DNA of 64,000 bases, taken from contig DASWIE010000003.1 in the NCBI GenBank assembly GCA_036397815.1, positions 277 to 64,276 on the forward strand. Reading direction: 5' to 3'. The notes under the pieces were generated by a model that was given only the letters and a program-made list of their open reading frames with translations, did not search any database and was not told the origin of the DNA. This DNA is from Candidatus Limnocylindria bacterium. Lineage in GTDB: Bacteria; Chloroflexota; Limnocylindria; QHBO01. The translations under genes and the position numbers were made by a program. Positions 39,687-49,202 of the stretch are shown here, piece by piece (positions within the stretch are counted from its first letter, which is position 1; every line of letters starts with the position of its first letter).

Positions 39687-42167
39687 ATGAAGGAGTATCC
39701 GCCCCTGGTGTCCGGCCGCTCGATTCTCGCTCGCGTCGCGTCCCCCGCGCGCATCGCGTCCCGCGCGCGCGGGGTCATGCGCTGGCGTCCGAGCCTGCGT
39801 GTGGCCGTGCTCGCCACCAGCGCCGTGCTGGTGGTCGGCCTGGCGGTGGCCATCGCGGTGAGCGCGGCCGATCACCTGCGCCTGACGGCGATCGACTCCC
39901 AGGTCGGCAATGCCGAGGCCATCGTGCGAGGCTACTTCGACCCGATCCTGAGCGAGGAGAGCCTGGGGCTGACCGCCGATCCGAACCGCGAGGTCGAGGA
40001 CCAGCTCAACCGGCTGGTGGTCTCGGGCGACATGCGGCGGATCAACGTCTGGACCAGGGACGGACGTGTCATCTACTCGACCGAGGAGACGCTCCAGGGC
40101 CAACGCCTCGACATCAACCACGAGCTGGCGGAGGCCTTCGGCGGCGAGAGCATCGGCGAGTTCGGGGATACGTCCGAGCACGCCAGCGAGCTCCTGCCGG
40201 AAGCCTTCCTCGAGATCTACGTGCCGATCCGCGGCCCGTCCGACGCGAACCCGATCGGCGTCTTCGAGGTCTACGTCGACGCCCGTCCGATCGAGCAGCG
40301 CGTGGACGACACGCGGCGCGACGTATTCCTCATCACCCTCGGCGCCGGCGCCACCCTGCTCGGACTGCTGTGGCTCGCCTTCGGCGGCGCCTCGCGACGG
40401 CTGAGCGCCCAGAACCGAAGCCTGACGCAGCTCAACGATCAGCTCAACCTGATGGCCGGAGACCTGCGACAGAGCGAGGCCCGCTTCCGCTCCCTGGTGC
40501 AGAACTCATCGGACGTGGTCGCCGTCCTCGACGCCGGCGGCCGAATCGTCTACGAGAGCGACGCGCTGCGGCGGGTGCTCGGCCACGAACCGGCCACCCG
40601 GCTGGGGCGCGCCTTCGGCGACGACGTCCATCCCGACGACGTGGAGTGGTTCACCACCCTGTCCGCCGGCCTGGCCGAGGCCGCAGGCGAGCAGGCGGCC
40701 GAGTTCCGGCTGCGGCATGCCGACGGATCGTGGCGATGGGTGGACACCATCGGTCTCAACCTGCTGGCCGACCCGGCGGTCGGCGGGATCGTGCTCAACT
40801 TCCGCGACGTGACCGAGCGTAAGCGGCTGGAGGACCAGCTTCAGCACGAGGCCTTCCACGATCCGCTGACCGGGCTCGCCAATCGCGCCCTCTTCGCCGA
40901 TCGCGTCACCCACGCGCTGGCGCGCAGCGCGCGGCACCCGCAGGACCAGCTGGCAGTCCTCTTCCTCGACCTCGACGACTTCAAGGTCGTCAACGACAGC
41001 CTCGGCCACGCGGCGGGGGACGAGCTGCTGACCGCCGTCGCCGAGCGCATCCGAGCCTGCCTGCGGCGGCAGGACACCCCCGCCCGGCTGGGCGGCGACG
41101 AGTTCGGCATCCTGGTGGAGGAGACCGATCCGGACGCCGCCGGCCAGGTCGCCGAGCGGATCCTCGCCGCCCTCCGGCAGCCGTTCGCGCTTGACTCGAG
41201 GCAGCTCTTCGCGCAGGCGAGCATCGGGATCGCGCTCGGCAGCGGTCACCGCAAGACCGGGGAGGGCGCCACCGCCGAGGAGCTGCTCCGCAACGCCGAC
41301 GCCGCCATGTACACGGCCAAGTCGCGCGGCAAGGGTCGCTTCGAGTTCTACGAGGTCCGGATGCACGCCTCCGCCCTCAAGCGACTGGAGCTGCGCGGCC
41401 GGATGGAGGCCTCGCTGGCGGCCGGCGAGTTCGTGGTCTTCTACCAGCCGATCGTGGAGCTCGGCACGGGCGACATCGCCGGGGTCGAGGCCCTCGTCCG
41501 TTGGCGGCAGGCCGATGGACGCCTCGCTCTGCCCGAGGAGTTCATCCCGCTGGCGGAGGAAACGGGCCTGATCGTGCCGCTCGGCAGCTGGGTGCTGGAG
41601 GAGAGCTGCCACCAAGCCGCGGACTGGCGCCGCGCAACGAGGGACCGGTCGTTCAGCATGGCCGTCAACGTCTCGTCGCGACAGCTCCAGGATCCCGAGT
41701 TCGTCACCATCGTCGCGGGCACGCTGGCGAAGAGCGGGCTCCCTGCGGCGGACCTGGTACTGGAGCTGACGGAGAGCGCCCTGCTCGACGAGGGCGAGTC
41801 GACGAGCACAGCGATCGCCAACCTCAAGGCGCTGGGCGTGCACATTAGCCTGGACGACTTCGGCACCGGCTACTCGTCGCTCAGCCACCTCCGCCGCTTC
41901 CCGATCGACGTGCTGAAGATCGACCGCTCGTTCGTGGAGGGGATCGACGGCGGCGAGGAGGGCGAGCGGGCGCTGGTTCGCTCGATCATCCGGCTGGCGC
42001 ACTCGCTCAAGCTGGAGACGGTGGCCGAGGGGATCGAGCGGCGGGAGCAGCTCGCACCGCTGCTGGCCCTCGGGGTGCGCTACGGCCAGGGCTACCTGTT
42101 CGCGAGACCGATGGAGGCTCCGGCCGTCGACCGCCTGCTGCGTGAGCACGCGCGGCTGGTCGGCTAA
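39687..42167 (+). CDS. membrane-anchored PAS/GGDEF/EAL c-di-GMP turnover protein
   Basis: TM helix; PAS (SEARFRSLVQNSSDVVAVLD); RLGGDEFGILV; EALVRW...DDFGTGYSSL. Start is uncertain (ATG 39687, or later at 39777). Confidence 0.88.
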   Translation: MKEYPPLVSGRSILARVASPARIASRARGVMRWRPSLRVAVLATSAVLVVGLAVAIAVSAADHLRLTAIDSQVGNAEAIVRGYFDPILSEESLGLTADPNREVEDQLNRLVVSGDMRRINVWTRDGRVIYSTEETLQGQRLDINHELAEAFGGESIGEFGDTSEHASELLPEAFLEIYVPIRGPSDANPIGVFEVYVDARPIEQRVDDTRRDVFLITLGAGATLLGLLWLAFGGASRRLSAQNRSLTQLNDQLNLMAGDLRQSEARFRSLVQNSSDVVAVLDAGGRIVYESDALRRVLGHEPATRLGRAFGDDVHPDDVEWFTTLSAGLAEAAGEQAAEFRLRHADGSWRWVDTIGLNLLADPAVGGIVLNFRDVTERKRLEDQLQHEAFHDPLTGLANRALFADRVTHALARSARHPQDQLAVLFLDLDDFKVVNDSLGHAAGDELLTAVAERIRACLRRQDTPARLGGDEFGILVEETDPDAAGQVAERILAALRQPFALDSRQLFAQASIGIALGSGHRKTGEGATAEELLRNADAAMYTAKSRGKGRFEFYEVRMHASALKRLELRGRMEASLAAGEFVVFYQPIVELGTGDIAGVEALVRWRQADGRLALPEEFIPLAEETGLIVPLGSWVLEESCHQAADWRRATRDRSFSMAVNVSSRQLQDPEFVTIVAGTLAKSGLPAADLVLELTESALLDEGESTSTAIANLKALGVHISLDDFGTGYSSLSHLRRFPIDVLKIDRSFVEGIDGGEEGERALVRSIIRLAHSLKLETVAEGIERREQLAPLLALGVRYGQGYLFARPMEAPAVDRLLREHARLVG

Positions 42168-42182
42168 GGAGTCCGGCGGAGG

Positions 42183-43781
42183 CTAGCGACCAGAGCGAAG
42201 CGCGCGACCGGGCAGGGCGCCGGTATGACGCCCGCCGTCGACCACCAGCTCGCCGTTGACCACCACGTATTCGATCCCGTCCGGGTAGCGCCTTGGCTCG
42301 TCGTAGGTCGCGTTGGATCGGACGCGCTCCGGGTCGAAGAGGACCAGGTCGGCGGCGTAGCCGTCCCGCAGCAGGCCGCGGTCGTTGAGTCCCAGCCGTG
42401 TGGCCGGCGCACCGGTCATCTTGCGCACCGCCTCCTCGAGGCTGAGCTGCTGCTCGTCGCGCACGAACTGTCCGAGGATGCGCGGGAACGAGCCATAGGT
42501 GCGCGGAGAGGGCTTGTCGCCGAGGAACGTGGAATCGGTGCCGACCATCCCGACCGGATGCCGCACGAAATGGGAGAGCGTCTCGCTCCACGGGCCGCTG
42601 GTCACCTGCGCCACCCCCAGGTTCTCGGCCAGCAGCAGGTCGCAGATGGCGTCGACGGGATCGCTGCCCGTCTCGGCCACGTAGTCCGCCAGCGTCTGCG
42701 ACTCCCACCGCACGAGGTCGGGGAGCGCGAACGCGCCAAGGCGGATGTCCGCCCAGCCGGCCGGGCTCGTGAAGGTCGCGCTGCGCGATCGCAGCTCGGC
42801 GCGGATGCGCTCGCGCACGGCGCGGTCCGCCAGGCGCTCCTTGAGCGCCATCGGTCCACCCGCCTGCACCCACTGCGGCAGCTGGATGAGCAGCCGGGTC
42901 GAGGCCCATTCGTATGGGTACGAGTCGAAGGTGACGTCCATCCCCGCCTGCCGCGCGTCATCGACGAGGCTGAGCATCTCCTCCGGGCCGCCGGGGTACG
43001 TGCGGCGGTGGTAGAAGTGGGTGATGTGAACCGGCCCGTCGCCGCGGCGCCCGATCTCGATTGCCTCCCGGAAGGGGTCCAGGAAGCGATCGCCGAGCGG
43101 GTAGCGCACGTGGGTGTGGTAGAAGCCGCCGTGCGCGGCGGCTTCGTGCGTCAGCGCGGCCAGCTCATCGGTCGAGGCGAAGGAGCCGGGCGGATAGTCG
43201 AGCCCGCTCGAGATGCCGAAGGCGCCCTCCGCCATTCCCTCGCGCAGCATGGCGCGCATGTTGGCGAGCGTCCGCTCATCGGGGGGCTGATCATCCCAGC
43301 CGATGGCGCCGATCCGGAGCGCGCTGTTCCCGATCAGCACGGCGATGTTGATCGCCTGGCGGTCGTAGCGGCCGATGTAGCTCGCGACGGTGTCCCAGTC
43401 GTAGGCGATCGGCGGGCGGCCGTCGAGGCCGGCGTTGAGCTCGACGAAGGCGGCCAGGTCGTCGCGGTGGGCGAAGGGTGCGTAGCCGTTCCCGTCGACC
43501 CCGATGACCTCGGTCGTCACGCCCTGTCGCACCTTCGGCTCGTGGCGTGGGTCGGCCAGGATCACCAGGCCGCCGTGGGAGTGGAGGTCGATGAAGCCGG
43601 GTGCCACCACCATTCCCTTGGCGTCGATCGTCCGCCCCGCGGCGGGCCGCCAGCCGGAGTCGCCCAAATGGAGCCGGTTGTCGAGCACCCCCACCGTCCC
43701 CTCCCTCGCGAGTGCCCCCGTTCCGTCGACGAGCGATCCGCCGGTGATCAGCAGCTCGACGGTGTCGGGGGGCGGATTCAT
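42183..43781 (-). CDS. N-acyl-D-amino-acid deacylase (D-aminoacylase) family amidohydrolase
   Basis: 532 aa; GFIDLHSHG metal motif and overall D-aminoacylase pattern. Confidence 0.85.
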   Translation of the reverse strand: MNPPPDTVELLITGGSLVDGTGALAREGTVGVLDNRLHLGDSGWRPAAGRTIDAKGMVVAPGFIDLHSHGGLVILADPRHEPKVRQGVTTEVIGVDGNGYAPFAHRDDLAAFVELNAGLDGRPPIAYDWDTVASYIGRYDRQAINIAVLIGNSALRIGAIGWDDQPPDERTLANMRAMLREGMAEGAFGISSGLDYPPGSFASTDELAALTHEAAAHGGFYHTHVRYPLGDRFLDPFREAIEIGRRGDGPVHITHFYHRRTYPGGPEEMLSLVDDARQAGMDVTFDSYPYEWASTRLLIQLPQWVQAGGPMALKERLADRAVRERIRAELRSRSATFTSPAGWADIRLGAFALPDLVRWESQTLADYVAETGSDPVDAICDLLLAENLGVAQVTSGPWSETLSHFVRHPVGMVGTDSTFLGDKPSPRTYGSFPRILGQFVRDEQQLSLEEAVRKMTGAPATRLGLNDRGLLRDGYAADLVLFDPERVRSNATYDEPRRYPDGIEYVVVNGELVVDGGRHTGALPGRALRSGR

Positions 43782-43788
43782 TTGCCGA

Positions 43789-43819
43789 TGCTAAGCCGCA
43801 GGAAAGGCGCTGGTAAGGC
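43789..43819 (+). promoter_or_regulatory. pair of direct half-sites resembling the repeat inner arm, upstream of the HTH-nuclease gene
   Basis: TGCTAAGCC (43789-43797) and CTGGTAAGGC (43810-43819), compared with repeat inner arms CTGCTAAGCG / CTGGTAAGCG. Short motifs, so chance is not excluded. Confidence 0.25.
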
Positions 43820-43839
43820 TCGCGGCGCACGATGCCTCG

Positions 43840-44664
43840 ATGGACGATCTCAGGGTCGGGCTGGTGCTTCGTGCCCTTCGCCGCCGACTCGGCTGGCGGC
43901 AGCTGGATGTCGCAGCGCGTGCCGGCGTGAGCCAAAGGCTGGTGTCGCTGGCGGAGGCCGGCCAGCTTGAACGGCTCACGCTTCGCAGCCTGCGCGCGAT
44001 CGGCCGCGCTCTCGAGGTTCGCGTCCCTGTCGAACCGCTCTGGCGCGGCGGTCAGCTTCCTCGGCTTCTCGACGGGGAGCATGCAGCGCTCGTGAACGCT
44101 GTGGCCGCGATCATGCGCCGCCGTGGCTGGCAGATCCTCGTGGAGTACACGTTCAACCACTTCGGCGATCGAGGATCCGTAGACCTGGTGGGGTGGCATC
44201 CGCAACATCGGGCATTGGTCTTGGTGGAGGTCAAGAGCCGGATCACCGACGTTCAGGACCTGCATTCCGCAATGGCGCGGAAGCGCCGGATCGTGCCCAG
44301 TCTTCTGACCAAGGAACTTGGCTGGCGGCCCATGACCGTTGGCCAGCTGCTGGTCGTAGGTGAAGCGAGCGCACAGCGGAGGCTTGTCGACCGCCACAGC
44401 GAAATTTTCGCAGCGACCTTCGCGCAGCGAGGACGGGAGGCGCGCGCCTGGCTGGCTCACCCGGCCGGAACGCTATCGGCCCTCTGGTTCCTGTCTCCTA
44501 GCAATGGCGTTACTGCTAAGCGACGGGAACGGCTGCCGCAGCGGATTCGTAGCCAGAATTCACGCTCAGCAAGCCCCGCGCGACGGCCTCAAGCACCGCC
44601 CAAGTCGCTTACCAGTAACCAGGTTGCTGATAGACGGCAAGCGGACGCTCCGGCGTCAGAATAG
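43840..44664 (+). CDS. XRE-type HTH + PD-(D/E)xK-like (restriction-endonuclease-fold) protein; the C-terminal ~60 codons are encoded by repeat copy c3
   Basis: 274 aa. HTH is LRRRLGWRQLDVAARAGVSQRLVSLAEAG. Putative nuclease core is GDRGSVDLVGW-x10-LVLVEVKS. The ORF enters c3 at codon ~216 (WFLSPSNGVTAKRR...) and stops 23 nt past it. Confidence 0.75.
   Translation: MDDLRVGLVLRALRRRLGWRQLDVAARAGVSQRLVSLAEAGQLERLTLRSLRAIGRALEVRVPVEPLWRGGQLPRLLDGEHAALVNAVAAIMRRRGWQILVEYTFNHFGDRGSVDLVGWHPQHRALVLVEVKSRITDVQDLHSAMARKRRIVPSLLTKELGWRPMTVGQLLVVGEASAQRRLVDRHSEIFAATFAQRGREARAWLAHPAGTLSALWFLSPSNGVTAKRRERLPQRIRSQNSRSASPARRPQAPPKSLTSNQVADRRQADAPASE
44487..44641 (+). repeat. palindromic MITE-like repeat, canonical copy c3
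   Basis: GTTCCTGTCTCCTAGCAATGGCGTTACTGCTAAGCG ... CGCTTACCAGTAACCAGGTTGCTGATAGACGGCAAG. Confidence 0.85.
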
Positions 44665-44670
44665 GGACCG

Positions 44671-45243
44671 ATGGAGGCGGATCGGCGGGTCGCGGCGGTG
44701 ATCCTTGCGGCCGGGGAGTCTCGGCGCTTCGGCTCGCCAAAGCAACTGGCCCTGGTGGAGGGGCGAACCATCCTCGAGCACGTCCTCGATCTCGCGAGCG
44801 CGGCCGGGCTGGCGCCGATCGTCGCCATCGTTCCGGTCTGGCTCAGCCGCCCGAGGACCCTTGTCGACCCGGTGCTGCGCTGGATCCGCAACCCGTATCC
44901 CGAGCGCGGCATGAGCTACTCGCTGCGCCTCGGACTGGCGGCGTTGCCCGACGAGATGACCGCGGCGGTCATCCTGCTCGGCGACCAGCCGCGAGTCGCT
45001 GTGGAGACGATCGCCGCGCTCGTCGCAGCTCGCGGTGAACGACCCTTCGTGGCAACCGAGGCGGGTGGTGTCCTCGCGCCGCCGGTGCTCATCGAGCGCA
45101 GCCATTTCGGAATCGCGGCGCGGCTCACTGGCGACGCCGGACTCCGTGACGTGCTTCGCGGGCAGCCCGATCTGGTGCGCGCCGTGGCAGTGCCCGCGCA
45201 CCCGACCGATGTGGACACGCCGCGCGATCTCGACCGCGCCTAG
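44671..45243 (+). CDS. mocA: MobA-like NTP transferase (molybdenum cofactor cytidylyltransferase MocA-like)
   Basis: 190 aa; AAVILAAGESRRFGSPKQL and LLGDQP motifs. Fits the XDH-family enzyme nearby. Confidence 0.8.
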   Translation: MEADRRVAAVILAAGESRRFGSPKQLALVEGRTILEHVLDLASAAGLAPIVAIVPVWLSRPRTLVDPVLRWIRNPYPERGMSYSLRLGLAALPDEMTAAVILLGDQPRVAVETIAALVAARGERPFVATEAGGVLAPPVLIERSHFGIAARLTGDAGLRDVLRGQPDLVRAVAVPAHPTDVDTPRDLDRA

Positions 45244-45296
45244 GCCGCTAGAATCGGTCACATGTTCGATTCGCGCCCACCCGGCGGGTTCTACAC

Positions 45297-46346
45297 ATGA
45301 CGATCGAGCGGATCGCCAGCCCGCAGGTCGCCGAGGACGAGCTTGCACTCGAGGCGACCGTTCGCCCGCGTCGGCTGGACGAGTTCGCCGGCCAGGATCG
45401 GATCAAGGAGAACCTGGCGATTCTCATCGACGCCGCCCGACATCGGGAGGAGCCGGTCGACCACGTCCTCCTGTACGGCCCGCCGGGGCTCGGCAAGACG
45501 ACGCTCGCGAACATCGTGGCGGCCGAGATGGGGGCGCAGATCCGCACCACCAGCGGCCCGGCGATCGAGCGCGCCGGGGACCTCGCCGCCATCCTGACCA
45601 GCCTCAGCAAGGGCGATGTGCTGTTCATCGACGAGATCCATCGGCTGAGCCACGTGGTGGAGGAGATCCTCTACCCGGCGATGGAGGACTTCGCGCTGGA
45701 CGTGGTGCTTGGCAAGGGGCCGGGGGCCCGCACGGTGCGGCTCCAGATCGAGCACGTGACGGTGATCGGCGCCACGACCCGGGTGGGGAGCATCACCGGG
45801 CCGTTGCGCGACCGGTTCGGCGTGACCTACCGCCTCGATTACTACTCCCAGCCGGACCTGGAGCAGATCCTGCGCCGCAGCTCGCACATCCTGGACATCT
45901 CGCTCGACGACGATGCCGCGGCCATCATCGCCCGTCGCAGCCGCGGCACACCCCGCATCGCGAATCGACTCCTGAAGCGGGCACGCGACTTCGCGCAGGT
46001 ACGCGGCGCCGGCGATGGCCGTGTCAGCGCCGAGCTCGCGACCGCGGCGCTCGACCTGCTCGAGATCGATGAGAAGGGCCTCGACGCGCTCGACCGGCAA
46101 CTTCTGCGCGCCATCGCCGAGCATCACGCCGGCGGGCCGGTCGGCCTCCAGACAATGGCGGCCACGATCTCGGAGCCGGTCGAGACCCTGGAGGACGTGA
46201 TCGAGCCGTACCTGATGCAGATCGGGCTGCTGGCCCGCACCTCGCGCGGACGCCAGCTCACGACCGGGGCCTGGGAGCACCTCGGCCTGACCCCACCGGC
46301 GGCTGCATCGGTCCAGGCCAGCCCACAGCCGGGGCTATTCGACTAG
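45297..46346 (+). CDS. ruvB: Holliday junction branch migration DNA helicase RuvB
   Basis: 349 aa; [19 protein letters not shown] and a winged-helix C-terminus. Confidence 0.95.
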   Translation: MTIERIASPQVAEDELALEATVRPRRLDEFAGQDRIKENLAILIDAARHREEPVDHVLLYGPPGLGKTTLANIVAAEMGAQIRTTSGPAIERAGDLAAILTSLSKGDVLFIDEIHRLSHVVEEILYPAMEDFALDVVLGKGPGARTVRLQIEHVTVIGATTRVGSITGPLRDRFGVTYRLDYYSQPDLEQILRRSSHILDISLDDDAAAIIARRSRGTPRIANRLLKRARDFAQVRGAGDGRVSAELATAALDLLEIDEKGLDALDRQLLRAIAEHHAGGPVGLQTMAATISEPVETLEDVIEPYLMQIGLLARTSRGRQLTTGAWEHLGLTPPAAASVQASPQPGLFD

Positions 46347-46350
46347 ACCG

Positions 46351-46566
46351 ATGTCGCCGGAGCTCGGCCGACTCCTGCTGGTGATCGGCCTGGTGCTGGT
46401 GGTGGTGGGTGGCCTGGCGGCGCTGGGCGTGCGCCTGCCCTTCGGCCGGCTGCCGGGCGACATCTCGATCCAGGGCGAGCGCGGCGGGATCTTCATCCCA
46501 CTCGGAACGATGCTCGTCGTCTCGCTGGTGTTGACCGTCCTCGTCAACCTCTTCCTGCGCCGCTGA
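46351..46566 (+). CDS. DUF2905 family small membrane protein
   Basis: 71 aa; two TM helices and the GRLPGDI motif. Confidence 0.75.
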   Translation: MSPELGRLLLVIGLVLVVVGGLAALGVRLPFGRLPGDISIQGERGGIFIPLGTMLVVSLVLTVLVNLFLRR

Positions 46567-46706
46567 CACGCGGGGCCTTGCTCCCCGGGAGTACGCTGCG
46601 CTGCGGCGCCGCCCGAGATCGGTGTCGGGTGGGCCTGCATCGGAGCGGAGGGTTTGGAGTGGAGGCTACCGACGTACCGAGGAGGGAGGAACCCGCGCGG
46701 CCGCCC

Positions 46707-48059
46707 ATGGCCAGCGGCGGGCTCGACTCCTTCTTCAAGCTCACGGAACGGGGGACGACCGCCGGCACGGAAATCAAGGCCGGCGTAACCACGTTCATGG
46801 TCATGGTCTATATCGTGGCCGTGAACCCCTTGATCCTGAGCAATGCCGGGATCGACATTGGCGCCGCCGCTGCGGCAACTGCCCTGGTTGCCGCCGTCAT
46901 GACGATCCTCATGGGGCTGGTGGCCAACTATCCGATCGCCATCGCGGCAGGCTTGGGGATCAACGGAATCGTCGCCTTCGGCCTGGTCCTCGGCGCCGGG
47001 CTGACGCCCGCTGGGGCGATGGGCGTGATCGTCATGGAAGGCCTCGTCGTCACGGTGCTCGTGCTGGTCGGACTTCGAGAGGCCGTCATGAATGCGGTGC
47101 CGCTCAGCCTGAAACGGGCGATCGCGGTCGGTATCGGCCTGTTCATCCTGTTCATCGGCTTCACGGATGGCGGTCTCATCCGCCAGCCGCTGGGCGACGG
47201 GCCAGTCCCGGTGGAGTTCGTGTTCCCCAACACGACCAGCGCCTGGATCATGCTCCTCGGCCTGGCGATCACGATCATCCTGTTCGTGCGAAAGGTACCG
47301 GCGGCGCTGCTGATCAGCATCGTCGTGACCAGCGTGATCGCGTTCATTGCGGGCATCACCGCAGTCCCAGAGCAGTTCTCGGTCGCGCCGGACTTCTCGA
47401 CCATCGGCCAGTTCGATCTCGGCAATTCGTTCGAGCATCTTGGCCTGCTGGCGGCGGTGCTGACCATCTTCACCATCATGCTCGCCGACTTCTTCGACAC
47501 GATGGGCACGGCCACGGCCATCACAGAGCAGGCCGGCCTGACTACGCCCGATGGCCAGGTGCCTGGCATCGGCCGAGTCCTGCTCGTCGACTCAGTGGCC
47601 GCCGTCGCCGGCGGCGCTGCGGGGATCAGCTCCAACACGAGCTACATCGAGAGTGCGGCAGGGGTGGCCGAAGGAGGGCGAACTGGCCTGACCTCGGTCG
47701 TCGTCGGTCTGCTCTTCGTGGTCGCGCTCTTCCTGTCGCCACTCGTCGAGCTGGTGCCATTCGTCGCGACGGCACCGGTGCTGATCGTCGTCGGCTACCT
47801 GATGGCGACGCTCATCAGGGATATTGACTTCCGCGATTTCGAGGAAGGTCTGCCTGCCCTCTTCGGCGTGATCCTCATGCCGCTCACTTTCAGCATCACG
47901 GTGGGAATCGGCGCTGCTTTCGTGAGCTATGTCCTGATCAAGGTCGTGAAGGGCAAGCTGGACAGCATCCACCCGCTGATGTGGGTGGTGGCCATCGCGT
48001 TCGTCGTCTACTTCGCCCAGGCGTGGCTGAACGGCATCATCAATCCGCCGCCCGTCTGA
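46707..48059 (+). CDS. NCS2 family purine permease (AzgA-like guanine/hypoxanthine/xanthine transporter)
   Basis: ATG 46707 gives MASGGLDSFFKLTERGTTAGTEIKAGVTTFMVMVYIVAVNP.... Multi-TM. Confidence 0.88.
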   Translation: MASGGLDSFFKLTERGTTAGTEIKAGVTTFMVMVYIVAVNPLILSNAGIDIGAAAAATALVAAVMTILMGLVANYPIAIAAGLGINGIVAFGLVLGAGLTPAGAMGVIVMEGLVVTVLVLVGLREAVMNAVPLSLKRAIAVGIGLFILFIGFTDGGLIRQPLGDGPVPVEFVFPNTTSAWIMLLGLAITIILFVRKVPAALLISIVVTSVIAFIAGITAVPEQFSVAPDFSTIGQFDLGNSFEHLGLLAAVLTIFTIMLADFFDTMGTATAITEQAGLTTPDGQVPGIGRVLLVDSVAAVAGGAAGISSNTSYIESAAGVAEGGRTGLTSVVVGLLFVVALFLSPLVELVPFVATAPVLIVVGYLMATLIRDIDFRDFEEGLPALFGVILMPLTFSITVGIGAAFVSYVLIKVVKGKLDSIHPLMWVVAIAFVVYFAQAWLNGIINPPPV

Positions 48060-48119
48060 GGACTCGTACCACTGGCGCCCGGTCGGTCGATCCGGCCGGG
48101 CGCTAGGCTTCCCGGACCG

Positions 48120-49202
48120 ATGACGAGCCAGCCCGCGCCGACCCGGCTGCGCGTCGACGACTTCGACTATCCGTTGCCGGCGGCGGCGATCGCCCAGGTC
48201 CCCGCCGAGCCTCGGGATGCTTCCCGGCTCCTGGTGCTGGATCGTTCTGCCTCGTCTGCGGGACGGCCGGCGCTCGCGCACCGAACGTTCCGGGATCTCG
48301 GGGAGGAGCTGCGATCCGGCGACCTGCTGGTCGTCAACGACTCGCGCGTGCTTCCGGCGCGGCTGCCGGCGCGACGGACGACCGGCGGGGAGGCGGAGGT
48401 GCTCGTCCTGCGTGCGCTCCCCGACGGTTCGGGCCGCTGGGAGGGGTTGGTGCGACCATCGCGTCGGATTGCCGTGGGTGATCTGTTGACCCTTGCCTCC
48501 GGTGACCGCCTCGAGGTGGGGGATCGTCTGGGCGATGGCACTCGCGCGATCCGCTTCTTCCGGGACCCGATGTCGGTGATGGCCGCCGCCGGCGAGATGC
48601 CGCTGCCGCCCTATATCCACGCTCGTGGTTCACCGCCGGAGCGTTACCAGACCGTGTACGCCAGGCCGCCCGGATCCGCCGCGGCGCCGACAGCCGGCCT
48701 GCACTTCACGCCCGAGCTGCTGGCCGCGCTCGAGGTGCGCGGCGTGCGCCGCGCAAGCGTCACGCTGCACGTGGGCCTGGACACCTTCCGCCCGCTCGAG
48801 GGGGCCTACGTCGACGAGCATCGGATCCATCGCGAGTGGTACGCGGTCCCGGTGGCGACCCGACGAGCGATGGCGGGCGCGCGACGCGAGGGCGGTCGCG
48901 TCGTTGCGGTCGGGACGACCACGCTCCGGGTGCTCGAGACCGCCGCGAAGCGGCGGAGCGCTTCCGGATGGAGCGACCTGTACATCACGCCGCCGTCCAC
49001 GTTCAGCGCGGTCGACGCGCTGATCACCAACTTCCACCTGCCGCGCAGCTCGTTGTTGCTGCTGGTCACCGCCTTCGTCCAGGCAGGGATGCGCGACGCC
49101 GACCCGTACCAGGCCCGAGACACGCTACTGGCCGCGTATCGCGACGCCCTGGCCGCCGGCTACCGATTCTTCAGCTTCGGCGACGCGATGCTGATCCGCT
49201 GA
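48120..49202 (+). CDS. queA: tRNA preQ1(34) S-adenosylmethionine ribosyltransferase-isomerase
   Basis: 360 aa; FDYPLP...RDASRLLVL...LPPYI...GTTTLRVLE...FFSFGDAMLI. Confidence 0.93.
   Translation: MTSQPAPTRLRVDDFDYPLPAAAIAQVPAEPRDASRLLVLDRSASSAGRPALAHRTFRDLGEELRSGDLLVVNDSRVLPARLPARRTTGGEAEVLVLRALPDGSGRWEGLVRPSRRIAVGDLLTLASGDRLEVGDRLGDGTRAIRFFRDPMSVMAAAGEMPLPPYIHARGSPPERYQTVYARPPGSAAAPTAGLHFTPELLAALEVRGVRRASVTLHVGLDTFRPLEGAYVDEHRIHREWYAVPVATRRAMAGARREGGRVVAVGTTTLRVLETAAKRRSASGWSDLYITPPSTFSAVDALITNFHLPRSSLLLLVTAFVQAGMRDADPYQARDTLLAAYRDALAAGYRFFSFGDAMLIR

Noticed and set aside
43783-44641. Calling the HTH-nuclease locus a bona fide insertion sequence (mobile_element feature).
   Set aside because: The left terminus similarity is only about 6+8 nt. 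No TSD is visible and no known transposase fold is involved. It is kept as a hypothesis in the findings rather than annotated as a feature.
46567-46706. Purine riboswitch upstream of the NCS2 purine permease.
   Set aside because: The leader contains GGUUUGGAGUGGAGGCUACCGAC. It lacks the conserved UAUA...GAUAUGG...GUUUCUACC...CCGUAAA...GACUAUG junction pattern, and no three-way junction could be drawn by eye. A covariance-model scan (Rfam RF00167) would settle it.
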